Part shown: positions 1 through 9,151 of the stretch, one piece after another
Layout of the letters: each line of letters opens with the position of its first letter
Position numbering within the stretch: position 1 is the first letter of the stretch
From: a bacterium
GTDB taxonomy: Bacteria > JADJOY01
Length of the DNA: 64,000 nucleotides
Direction: 5' to 3'
NCBI GenBank assembly: GCA_046331705.1
Contig: JAXLQJ010000032.1
Coordinates: 1 to 64,000, forward strand
The notes under the pieces: model-generated
The model's database searches: none
The model's input: only the letters and a program-made list of their open reading frames with translations
Told to the model about the DNA's origin: nothing
Translations under genes and position numbers: made by a program

Positions 1-204
1 GGACGATGGTGCGTCGCGCCGGGCGAGGCCACGCCGATCCCCGTGACGCGCCCCGAGTCGCTGACCGTGCACGACCTCGATGGCGACGCCGCGAGCGACC
101 TGATCGCCGTTCACGGCACGGGCGGCAAGGATTCGACGGTGGAGGTGCTGTTCGCCGATCGCACGCCCGGCGCCCCCAGCTTGCGAGCCGAACCCGCCCA
201 CTGA
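1..204 (+). CDS. 3' end of an FG-GAP/VCBS-repeat protein (partial, runs off the window start)
   Basis: Frame 1 reads ...SLTVHDLDGDAASDLIAVHGTGGKDSTVEVLF... to TGA 202-204; the DLDGDxxSDL motif is typical of FG-GAP repeats. Not in the ORF track. Confidence 0.6.
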   Translation, partial: GRWCVAPGEATPIPVTRPESLTVHDLDGDAASDLIAVHGTGGKDSTVEVLFADRTPGAPSLRAEPAH

Positions 205-284
205 CCCCACGCCCGCGAGCCATAGCGCGGCGCGCTGCCCCGACCCGGCGCCGAAAAGCGGTGAGTTATGTTCCTGCGTCGGCC

Positions 285-1067
285 ATGAGAGAGCTGCTGC
301 GCGTCGTCGAGGCACCGCGAACTTGCTCGTATCTGCCGAGCGAGGTCGCCTCTCTCGAATACCGAATCATCCCGGAGCTCGACCGCGAGAGCTACGCGCG
401 GATGCTCGCGCGGGGCTATCGGCGCTTCGGCATCCAGTATTTCCGTCCCGCGTGCCGCGACTGCCGGCGCTGCCGCAGCATCCGGGTGCGGGTCGCGGAT
501 TTCGAGGAGGGACGCCGTTACCGCCGCGTGTTGCGACTCAACCGGGACGTCCACGCGGTGGTGCGCGCGCCGGAGCTCACGCGCACCCATCTCGAGCTCT
601 ACCAGCGCTACCACCGCTTCATGGCGCACCATCGCGATTGGCCGCGCCACGACGGACGCGCGCAGAGCTACGCGCAGGCGTTCCTGGTGGGCGGCGAGGG
701 CTTCGCCCGCGAGGTGGCGTACTACCGCGCCGGCGAGCTGGTGGGCTGCGCGTTCATGGACGACGTCGGCGACGCCGCGTCGCTGGTCTACTTCTATTAC
801 GCGCCCGAATGGCGCGCCGCGAGCCCCGGCGTGTTCTCCATCCTCACGCAGATCCAGTATGCCCGCGCGCGCGGCTATCCGTACGTGTACCTCGGCTACT
901 GGATTCCCGAGAACCGTTCGATGTCGTACAAATCGCAATATCGGCCTCACGAGCTGTTGGTGAGCTATCCGCGCGACGGCGAGGAGCCGGTGTGGCGCGA
1001 GCCCGCGGACGACGTGGAAGCGAGCCGAGAGCCCCTCTTTTCCGCGCACGAAAGGAACCTTCCATGA
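285..1067 (+). CDS. Arginyl-tRNA-protein transferase family (ATE/Bpt-like aminoacyl transferase)
   Basis: CSYLP, GYRRFG..YFRP.C..C..C.SIR, YVYLGYWI...SMSYKSQYRP motifs; ATG at 285; ATGA overlap with the next gene. Confidence 0.9.
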   Translation: MRELLRVVEAPRTCSYLPSEVASLEYRIIPELDRESYARMLARGYRRFGIQYFRPACRDCRRCRSIRVRVADFEEGRRYRRVLRLNRDVHAVVRAPELTRTHLELYQRYHRFMAHHRDWPRHDGRAQSYAQAFLVGGEGFAREVAYYRAGELVGCAFMDDVGDAASLVYFYYAPEWRAASPGVFSILTQIQYARARGYPYVYLGYWIPENRSMSYKSQYRPHELLVSYPRDGEEPVWREPADDVEASREPLFSAHERNLP

Positions 1068-1846
1068 CGGCAACTCGACGTTTCGACGGCAAGCACGTGA
1101 TCGTGACCGGCGCCGGCACCGGGATCGGTCGCGCCATCGCCGAGCGCCTCGCCAGCGAGGGCGCGCTCCTCACGTTGTTCGCGCGCGACGCGGCGCGCCT
1201 CGACGCGACGGCCGCGGCGCTGCCCGCTGCCGCGAGCGTCCACGTCGCGTCGCTCGACATCCGCGATCGCGCGGCGGTCGACGCCGCGTTCGGCGCCGCG
1301 GCCCAGCGCAACGGCAGCGTCTACGCGTTGGTGGCGAACGCCGGCATCGGCGGCGAGAACCGGCCGGGCGACGACGATCGATTCGACGACCTGATCGCCA
1401 CCAACCTGACCGGCACCTACAACTGCGTGCGCGCAGCCGAACGCCACCTCGCGTCCGGTCCCGACGCACGCCACCTGGTGATCGTCGCGTCGGTGCTGGC
1501 GCGGATCGGCGTGCCGGGCTACACGGGCTACTGTGCATCGAAAGCAGGGCTGCTCGGCTTGGCGCGCGCGCTCGCGGCCGAGCTCGCGGAGAGCAACGTC
1601 CAGGTCAATGCGGTGTGTCCCGGCTGGGTCGACACCGAGATGGCGCGCCAGGGCATCGCCGGCATGGCGCAGGGCATGGGCACCACGTACCAGCAGGCGT
1701 ACGAGCTGGCGATGTCGGCGGTCCCCATGCGCCGAATGAGCAACCCGGCCGACATCGCCGGGTTGGTCGCGTGGTTGCTCTCGAGCGACGCGCGCGGCGT
1801 CACGGGCCAGGGGCTCGACATGAATGGCGGCTCGTTCATGATCTGA
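1064..1846 (+). CDS. Classical SDR oxidoreductase
   Basis: TGAGTGIG, ANAG, YCASK, VNAVCPGWVDT, DMNGG motifs. Confidence 0.93.
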   Translation: MTATRRFDGKHVIVTGAGTGIGRAIAERLASEGALLTLFARDAARLDATAAALPAAASVHVASLDIRDRAAVDAAFGAAAQRNGSVYALVANAGIGGENRPGDDDRFDDLIATNLTGTYNCVRAAERHLASGPDARHLVIVASVLARIGVPGYTGYCASKAGLLGLARALAAELAESNVQVNAVCPGWVDTEMARQGIAGMAQGMGTTYQQAYELAMSAVPMRRMSNPADIAGLVAWLLSSDARGVTGQGLDMNGGSFMI

Positions 1847-1866
1847 GCGGCGGGGCGGGCGCCGCA

Positions 1867-2643
1867 TCATCCCCGCGTGCTGCCGGGAGGCGGGCTGGCG
1901 GGCGGCGAGCCACGTCGCCCACGCGGGCTTCTCGCCGCCATCCATCGCGCGCAGCCCGCACGATTCGAAGAAGGCGATCTGGCTGGGCGCCAGTGACCCG
2001 GACGGTGGCTCCGACAGATCGGGATCGTGCAGGAACGACCCGATCGAGACGTCGATCGGCAGGCCGCCCACGAGCGCACGGTAGCGGGCGACGAACGCGG
2101 CCTGATCGGCCTCGTTCGCCCGCAGGAAGATCAGCGACGCACGCGACGGGTAGCCAAGCTCCGCCACCACCAGCGGATGCGAGGGCGCCGGCGCCAGCCG
2201 CGCGTAGCAGTCCGCCGGCAACGCGGTGGCGCTCCCGGCGAGGCCACCGAGCAGCGCCGGGTAGCTCGAAATCCGATCCGATCGAGCTTGGGCTCGAAGG
2301 GCGCGACCAGCGCCGCGAGGTTCTGGGCGGCGGCCGCCGGCCCGCCGAGAAAGTCGCGGTAGATGGCCTCGTACTGGAAGTGGACGAAGACGAGCGTCTG
2401 CGGGCGGATCGACCTCACTCGGTCGTAGGCTTCCCGTGCAAGCGATGCGAACGCGTCGTACTCGTCCGGATGTGCGAGGAAGTCGCCCTGAATCTCGGTG
2501 GCGAGCGAGCGACACGCGGGCCGGATCTCGCGCACCAGCCACTCGACCTCCGCGAGGAGGGCCGCACGCACCTCCGGGTTGGTGAAGCGCGCCGCGCCGC
2601 CGTATCCCGGCGACAACCCCAGCCGGTCCCGGCTCGGCCCCAC
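1867..2643 (-). pseudogene. Frameshifted, 5'-truncated glycoside-hydrolase-like (clan GH-A-like TIM barrel) gene
   Basis: Protein-like text ...SLATEIQ...AYDRVRSIRPQTLVFVHFQYE...KLDRIG in one frame continues as ISSYP...PLVVAELGYPS...EADQAAFV...CGLRAMDGGEKPAWATW in another. The switch is at about 2270. No clean start and no in-frame stop. Confidence 0.6.
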
Positions 2644-2710
2644 GACGGCAAGAGCGCGAGCACGAACGCCAATCCCCGCTGCCGTGCCTGCACGGCGATC
2701 TCGCGGGCGC

Positions 2711-3610
2711 TCAGCGGGCGAGCGGCGCGAACGCGAGCACCGCGGCAGCCCAGCGCGCGGGATCCTCGAGCATCGGGTAATGACCGAGCTCGTCCAACCA
2801 GGTCAGCGCGGCGCCCGGGATCTCGGCAGCGAGCGCTTCGGCGATCGCGGGCACGGCGATCGGATCGCGCCGCCCCCACAGCACGTGCGCGGGCCGGTCG
2901 AAGCGCGTGAGCGCCCCGATCCAGCGATTCCAGAACCGCACCCGTTCATCGAGATAGGACGAGATGGGCGCCAGGCGACGCCGCCCGTCGTTCAACGAGA
3001 CCGCCTCCCACAGCAGATCGAGCTCGGTCTCGCCGACGGCCTGGGGCCGCCCGAAGATGCGCCGTAGCTGCAGCTTGAAGACCGGGCGGCTTCCCAGCGC
3101 CGCGAACGTGGGGCCGACGAGCTTGCTGCGCAGCAACCGCTGCGGCAGCGAGAGACGCGCCAGCTCGATGTGAACGCTGCCGTTCGCGAGCGTCAGGCTC
3201 TCGATCTCCACCGGAAGCCCGCCGCGCTCGCGCCGCGCCACCAGCTCGGTGGCCACGCTGGTGCCGTAATCGTGCGCGAGGACGTGACCGCGCTCGACGC
3301 CCAGCGCCCGCCACACGGCGAGCGCCACCTCCGCCTGTTCGAGCAGCGAGTACGAGTAGTCCGCGGGCTTGTCCGAGAGCCCGAATCCCAGGTGGTCGTG
3401 GGCGATCACCCGATGGCGCTCGGCGAGCGGCGCGAGGACTGCCCGGAAATCGAGCGAGCAGGTCGGAAAGCCATGCAGCACCAGCAGCGGAGGTGCGTCG
3501 CGCGGGCCCGCCTCGACGACGAAGACCGCGCGGCCGAAGACGGAGACATACCGCCCTCGGTCGCGCCAGGCGGCGAGCTCGGGCGAGATTCCGGGGGCGG
3601 GTCGAGTCAT
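2711..3610 (-). CDS. Alpha/beta hydrolase (epoxide hydrolase/MEST-like)
   Basis: HGFPT, GFGLSDKP, AHDYG nucleophile elbow, WGRRDP, GHYPMLE. Confidence 0.9.
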   Translation of the reverse strand: MTRPAPGISPELAAWRDRGRYVSVFGRAVFVVEAGPRDAPPLLVLHGFPTCSLDFRAVLAPLAERHRVIAHDHLGFGLSDKPADYSYSLLEQAEVALAVWRALGVERGHVLAHDYGTSVATELVARRERGGLPVEIESLTLANGSVHIELARLSLPQRLLRSKLVGPTFAALGSRPVFKLQLRRIFGRPQAVGETELDLLWEAVSLNDGRRRLAPISSYLDERVRFWNRWIGALTRFDRPAHVLWGRRDPIAVPAIAEALAAEIPGAALTWLDELGHYPMLEDPARWAAAVLAFAPLAR

Positions 3611-3923
3611 TCGCGCCTCGTGGGGCGCGGGCTCGCCGCGCCGGAGCCGCAAGCTACCACGACGTCGGCGCACGCCCCCTGGCAGACACCCGGATCGCCG
3701 CGGCCACGCGCCCATTCGGGACGCGCGGCTCGGGAGCCCGGGCTCGGGTCGCCTTGACCCGCTCGGAAACCGCCTGGTACGCTCGAAACGAGTCGTCGGG
3801 GGGACGGCGGGCAGTCAGGAAGTGCAAGTGGTTCGATGGTCTTCGCGGTTCCGAATACGTATCCCCTCGATCCGTCCGAAGTCGAGCGTGGCCAGTCGCG
3901 GCCGGGGCCGCTGGGTGGCGAAG

Positions 3924-4694
3924 ATGATGTTTCGCGTTTTCTCACACCAAGACATCAGCCAGACCGGGACGACACCGCGCGCGACGCCGCGCACGTCGCG
4001 CCGAGTCGCCATGACCTCGTGGCTCGCGGGCGCGCTGCTCGCCGCCAGCTCCGCCACCGCGCTCGCCACGACGATTCCCAACGGGGCGCGACCCGACAAC
4101 GGCGAGACCAACGAGGTCGGGATCACCATTACGCCCGAATCCCCGGTGCTGAGCCCGCGCAACGCCACCTCACAGATCCAGCCCGCCAGCGTTCTCTACC
4201 TGACGTACGACACGGATACCCACCTGCTGACCGTCCAGAACGCCGATTGGTACGGCTCGTCGGTGACTTTCAACTTCGGTCAGTTGCTGCAGGTCACCGC
4301 GAACGGCCTGCGGGTTCGCAGCACCTCCGACATTCCCAACGCGCCGACGCCGGTCGTGAGCGTGAACCCGAGCACGGGTGCGTTCTCGAACCTCAACGTG
4401 CCCGTGCTGTTCACGGCCAACGTCCAGCTCAATCAGAATCCGACGATCATCGCCGTGTCTGCGCAGACCACCGTGGTTCTCGCCGGAACCCTGTCCGTCG
4501 ATAGCGGCACGGGGGCGATGGCGCTCACCGACGTCACCGGCACCTACGGCGATCTGCCGGTCGTGCTGGGAGGATTCGTGCTGCAGGTGAGCGGATCGTT
4601 CGCCTTCAACTTCTCGGCAGGCCCGACGGATTTCGTCTTCCGCGATGGATTCGACGTCGGGGGCATCTCCGGGTGGACTTCGCACGTCCCCTGA
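3924..4694 (+). CDS. Secreted beta-rich hypothetical protein, paralog 1 (start may be ATG 4011)
   Basis: Signal peptide WLAGALLAASSATALA; Thr/Asn/Val-rich; ends FVFRDGFDVGGISGWTSHVP. Confidence 0.8.
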   Translation: MMFRVFSHQDISQTGTTPRATPRTSRRVAMTSWLAGALLAASSATALATTIPNGARPDNGETNEVGITITPESPVLSPRNATSQIQPASVLYLTYDTDTHLLTVQNADWYGSSVTFNFGQLLQVTANGLRVRSTSDIPNAPTPVVSVNPSTGAFSNLNVPVLFTANVQLNQNPTIIAVSAQTTVVLAGTLSVDSGTGAMALTDVTGTYGDLPVVLGGFVLQVSGSFAFNFSAGPTDFVFRDGFDVGGISGWTSHVP

Positions 4695-4703
4695 ACGAGG
4701 TCG

Positions 4704-5450
4704 GTGAACATGCACAACTCGCAGCACTCGCGCTCACGTTCCGCTCGGACCCCGAGCACGCGCTCTTCGTGGCTGCCGCCGCGCAGGGTGACGCCGCTGG
4801 TCGCGGCGATCATGCTCGCGATCGGAGGCTCGGCTCCGACGGCGTCCGCGACACCGGTCTCGGTCCAGCTCACGCCCACCAACGGCCAGACGAATCAAGC
4901 GGTGCTCACCGTGCGGATCTTCTCGTCGCTCACCGCGACCAGCCTCGTCGAGTCGACCAGCACGCTCGACGTCGACTACGACCTCGCGACCCACGAGCTC
5001 ACGCTCACCGCGGCCTCGCTCGATGGCACCGACGTCCACTACGGCTTCGGGATCGGCCCCGTCGACGGCAAGAACATCAACGTGTCGCTCGCCGCAGCCT
5101 CCACGCCAGTCGCCGTCGATCCGGTCACGGGTGCCTTTTCGGGGCTCAGCGTCGACGTGCTGGTGGCGGCGGACCTCTACTACAACAACAGCCTGATCCA
5201 GAGCGGCACCACCTTCACGACACTCAATAATCTCACCGGCAAGCTCACCGTCGATCCCTTCGGCCACGTCGCCGGCACCAACATCGTCGGGACGATCCCG
5301 GAAACCGGCTACCCGATCCCACCGCTTCCCGGCAGCGTGTACTTGAGCGGAACGCTGACCCTCAACTTCACGGGCAGCCTGCCGGGCGTCGTGTTCCTGG
5401 ACGGCTTCGACGACGGCAACTTCACCGAGTGGAGCAGCCACGTGCCGTGA
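4704..5450 (+). CDS. Secreted beta-rich hypothetical protein, paralog 2
   Basis: Signal peptide LVAAIMLAIGGSAPTASA; ends VVFLDGFDDGNFTEWSSHVP. Confidence 0.82.
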   Translation: MNMHNSQHSRSRSARTPSTRSSWLPPRRVTPLVAAIMLAIGGSAPTASATPVSVQLTPTNGQTNQAVLTVRIFSSLTATSLVESTSTLDVDYDLATHELTLTAASLDGTDVHYGFGIGPVDGKNINVSLAAASTPVAVDPVTGAFSGLSVDVLVAADLYYNNSLIQSGTTFTTLNNLTGKLTVDPFGHVAGTNIVGTIPETGYPIPPLPGSVYLSGTLTLNFTGSLPGVVFLDGFDDGNFTEWSSHVP

Positions 5451-5514
5451 GGCGTACGCATCGCGCTCGCGGCCCGAGCGCGATGCCCGCTGCCGGCTCG
5501 ATTCGACTGGAAAC

Positions 5515-6213
5515 ATGAAACGAAACTCGCTTCGCATCGCGCGCTCGCTGCTCTTCGCGGGACTTTCGCTGCTGGCGGCTGGCGGTGCGCACGCCGCGAA
5601 CTTCGGTCTTCGCCTCTCGCCCACACCGGCCGCCACGAACCAGGCGGACCTGACCCTGGCGGTGAGCGGCACCGCTTCGACCGAGAACGCGACGATGCCG
5701 GTGCTCGCCGGCAGCACCATGGACATCCTCTACGACAGCTCCTCGGGCGTCGTGGCGATCACCCAGGCAACGCTTCTCGGCGGCCCGGTCCAGTTCACGT
5801 TCGGTGCCTTCCTGCACCCGTGCGTGGTGAGCGCGTCGCTCACCCTCGACACCACCGACGAGAACTTCCCGCCGCGAGGCGGCACCGATCTCGCCGGCGA
5901 GTTCGACATCCTGGTGCCGGTTCGTTTCGCGGGAATCCTCGGCAACAACTGCAACGGCGACCAGCTCCCCTACAACCAACAGCTGCTCGTCAGCTTGCAC
6001 GGCACGATCGCGTACGACTCGAACTCGGGCCTCGTCGAGCTCACCGATCTCGCGACGCCCACCCCGTTCGCACCCCTCACCTTCACGTTTCCCGTGTGGA
6101 CGTTCGAGCTCACCGGCACCGTGACGCTGAACTTCGAGGGCACCGTGCAGACGATCTTCGACGGCGACTTCGACTCGGGCGACACGAACGACTGGTCGTC
6201 CGAGAGTCCGTGA
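5515..6213 (+). CDS. Secreted beta-rich hypothetical protein, paralog 3
   Basis: Signal peptide MKRNSLRIARSLLFAGLSLLAAGGAHA; ends TIFDGDFDSGDTNDWSSESP. Confidence 0.85.
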   Translation: MKRNSLRIARSLLFAGLSLLAAGGAHAANFGLRLSPTPAATNQADLTLAVSGTASTENATMPVLAGSTMDILYDSSSGVVAITQATLLGGPVQFTFGAFLHPCVVSASLTLDTTDENFPPRGGTDLAGEFDILVPVRFAGILGNNCNGDQLPYNQQLLVSLHGTIAYDSNSGLVELTDLATPTPFAPLTFTFPVWTFELTGTVTLNFEGTVQTIFDGDFDSGDTNDWSSESP

Positions 6214-6410
6214 GCGAGCTCGCTGCGTAGCGTGCGGCGCGCGGGGGCCGCGCACCGCGCCTCCCGATCGGTCTTCTCCAACCGAGCGCTCACCGCGCCG
6301 CGCGCGGCGGCTCGGCGCCGAGCACGCTCGCTGCGTACGCGGCGAACGTGGCCGCTCTGCTACGCTCGCGTCGCCCCAACCCCGCTGGCTCTCTCGTTCG
6401 AGGTCTCGAC

Positions 6411-7943
6411 ATGGACATCGTCGCCCTCCATGCCGCATCCAAGCCGAACGCCGTGGCGCTCGTGGAAGGGGATCGAAGCGTCACCTGGGCCGAGCTGGCC
6501 GCCCTTCGCAACCGCTGCGCGAACGCCCTCGCCACGCTCGGGCTCCGCGCGGGCGAGCGGCTCGTCGCCTATCACGGCAACTCGATCGACGGCTTCGTGA
6601 CCAGCCTGGGCGCGCAAGCGCTCGGGCTCACGGTGGTGCCGCTCAACCATCGGCTCACGGCTCACGAAGCGCGCTTCATCCTCGAGGATTGCCAAGCCGC
6701 GGCGCTCGTTCACGGCGAGGAGTTCGACGCGGTCGTCGACGAGCTCGAACGAACGCCCGGCGAGACGCGCCACTGGATCCGGTTCGGCGACGCACGCGGC
6801 CGACGGGCCTCGCTCGACGAGCTGCTCGCCGCCGCGAGCCCCGAGCTACCCGCCGATCCGGCGCCCACGGCGGCGACGATGATCTATACGTCGGGGACCA
6901 CCGGAAAGCCGAAGGGCGCGCTCCGCACCGCGGCCTCCTCGCTCGCGCAGATGGGGTACTTGCAGACGCTGGTGCGCGAGCTCGACCTGCGCGTCGACGA
7001 CGTGCACCTGGCGGCCGGTCCGCTCTACCACTCGGCCCCGCGCGCGTTCGCGGGCATCGCCATGGCGCTCGGCAACACGCTCGTGCTCATGCGCAAATTC
7101 GACGCCGCGCGCGCGCTCGACCTGATCGAGCGCCACGCCGTCGGCGAGACGTTCATGGCGCCGGTGCTGATCAAGCGCTTGCTCGCGCTTCCCGACTCCG
7201 CCTGGCAAGGGCGCAAGCTGGGCTCGCTGCACACGCTGATCGTCGCGGGCGCACCGTGCCCCATGCCCATCAAGCGCGGCGTCGCCGAGCGGATCGGGCC
7301 GGTGCTCTACGAGTTCTACGGTTCCACCGAGCTGGGCGTGAACACGCTGCTCAAGCCCGCCGATCAGCTCCGCAAGCCCGGCTCGTGCGGCCAGGTCTTC
7401 CCGGGTGTCGCGATTCGCTTGCTCGACGCCGACGGCAACGACGTGCCCGACGGTACTCCCGGCGAGCTGCACGTCGGGCGCAACCAGCAATCGTTCGACG
7501 GCTATCACAACCGGCAACGCGAGGGACGCGACGGGGCGAGCGCCGAGTGGATCTCGGTCGGCGACATCGCGTATCGAGACGCCGAGGGCTACTACTTCAT
7601 CTGCGATCGCAAGAACGACATGATCATCTCGGGCGGCGTGAACATCTACCCGGCCGAGATCGAGCAGGCGCTCGCCGAGCACCCGTCGATCGCCGACGCC
7701 GCCGTGTTCGCGATTCCCGACGACGAGTGGGGCGAATCGGTGCACGCGGTCCTCGAGCTCGAGCCCGGCACCCGCCTGAGCGACGCCGAGATCCACGCCT
7801 GGCTCGAGCCCCGGCTCGCGCACTTCAAGCACCCCCGCTCGATCGAGCGCGTCGAGCGGCTGCCGCGCGACAACGCGGGCAAGCTCTTGAAGCGCGTGCT
7901 GCGCGACCCCTTCTGGGCCGGTCGCGAGCGCCGCGTGAACTGA
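6411..7943 (+). CDS. Acyl-CoA synthetase (AMP-binding family)
   Basis: YTSGTTGKPKG, FYGSTE, GDIAY, DRKNDMIISGGVNIYPAEIE, GKLLK. Confidence 0.95.
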   Translation: MDIVALHAASKPNAVALVEGDRSVTWAELAALRNRCANALATLGLRAGERLVAYHGNSIDGFVTSLGAQALGLTVVPLNHRLTAHEARFILEDCQAAALVHGEEFDAVVDELERTPGETRHWIRFGDARGRRASLDELLAAASPELPADPAPTAATMIYTSGTTGKPKGALRTAASSLAQMGYLQTLVRELDLRVDDVHLAAGPLYHSAPRAFAGIAMALGNTLVLMRKFDAARALDLIERHAVGETFMAPVLIKRLLALPDSAWQGRKLGSLHTLIVAGAPCPMPIKRGVAERIGPVLYEFYGSTELGVNTLLKPADQLRKPGSCGQVFPGVAIRLLDADGNDVPDGTPGELHVGRNQQSFDGYHNRQREGRDGASAEWISVGDIAYRDAEGYYFICDRKNDMIISGGVNIYPAEIEQALAEHPSIADAAVFAIPDDEWGESVHAVLELEPGTRLSDAEIHAWLEPRLAHFKHPRSIERVERLPRDNAGKLLKRVLRDPFWAGRERRVN

Positions 7944-7986
7944 TCGACCTCGCGCGAGGATCCGCGCCCCCGGGAGGGCGCCGTGG

Positions 7987-9120
7987 TCAGGCGCGCGCGG
8001 TCTTGCGCGGCTCGGGCTTGCCGCTGGCCTTGGCGCTCGGCGGCGTGGCGGCGGCGAAGTGCGGCACCACGTGCTCGCCGAAGGTGCGAATCGATTCCAT
8101 CACCAGCTCGTGGGGCACGGTCCCCGCCTGCATCACCAGGATCAGCTCGTCGACGCCGACCGCCGCGTAGCGCGACACGATCTCGCGGCAATGCTGCGGG
8201 TCGCCGATCACGTTCATCGCCGGCGCATCCGGCGAGCCGCGGAAAGCCATCGCCTCGTCGAGCTCGTCGTCGGGGAGGAAATCCCGCGACACGTCGAGGA
8301 GGCCCGTCGGACGGCGGCCGCTGAAGTAGTAGGTCGCCAGCGATTCGGCGAAGAAGTTGGCGCCGCGCATGCCGTAGCGACACGCCTTGCGATCGTCCCC
8401 GAGACAGAGCGCCACCGGCGTGCACGCGAAGTGGTCGTTCTTCGCGTAGCCCTTGGGCGCCGCGGCGGCCACGGCCTTGCGGTACTCGCTCACCTTCTTG
8501 CCGAGATACACGTCGTTGCCCACGGCGAAGTTGAGCGCTCCGATTCCGAGCTTGCCGACCTCGACGGCGGATTCGGGCTTCGAGCACGCCGCGAAGATCG
8601 GCGGATGCGGCGTCTGCACCGGCTTGGGAATCACCTGCGTGGGCGGAATGCGGAAATGACGCCCCTTCCACTCGAAGACGTCCTGCTGCCACATCCGCGG
8701 GATCATCTCGAGCGCCTCCAGCCATTGATCGTGGATCTGGCTCACGTCGTTCTCGAACGCGAGCTGCTCGGTGCGCGACGAGCTCTTCCCCGAGCCCCAG
8801 CTCACGCGCCCGCCCGACAGGATGTCGAGGGTGGCGACCCGCTCGGCGATTCGGATCGGGTGGTTGTAGCGATGGGGCGTGAGCGTGATGCCGTGCCCCA
8901 GGCGCACGTTGCGGGTCTTGGCGGCGACGAACGCCAGAAAGACCTCCGGGGCCGACGAGTGCGAGTACTCGTAGAGACCGTGATGCTCGACCTCCCAGAC
9001 GGTGTGGTACCCGAGCTGATCCGCGAGCACCGCTTGCGCGACGCAATCGTGAAAGGTCTGCGCCTCCTTCTCGCGCGTGGGGTTGGCGATCTGCATCTCG
9101 AAGAAGAGCGAGAACTTCAT
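7987..9120 (-). CDS. LLM-class flavin-dependent oxidoreductase (luciferase-like monooxygenase)
   Basis: VWEVEHH, SSAPEVFL, HPIRIAERVATLDILSGGR, PKPVQTPHPP. Confidence 0.92.
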   Translation of the reverse strand: MKFSLFFEMQIANPTREKEAQTFHDCVAQAVLADQLGYHTVWEVEHHGLYEYSHSSAPEVFLAFVAAKTRNVRLGHGITLTPHRYNHPIRIAERVATLDILSGGRVSWGSGKSSSRTEQLAFENDVSQIHDQWLEALEMIPRMWQQDVFEWKGRHFRIPPTQVIPKPVQTPHPPIFAACSKPESAVEVGKLGIGALNFAVGNDVYLGKKVSEYRKAVAAAAPKGYAKNDHFACTPVALCLGDDRKACRYGMRGANFFAESLATYYFSGRRPTGLLDVSRDFLPDDELDEAMAFRGSPDAPAMNVIGDPQHCREIVSRYAAVGVDELILVMQAGTVPHELVMESIRTFGEHVVPHFAAATPPSAKASGKPEPRKTARA

Positions 9121-9151
9121 CCACACCTCCACTCGCCGCGCGCGAGCGCGT

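Noticed and set aside
285-290. Rare AGA as second codon of the ATE/Bpt gene, linked to tRNA-Arg(UCU)
   Set aside because: A-rich second codons are common, and bacterial Bpt enzymes are reported to transfer Leu; a single codon is not evidence.
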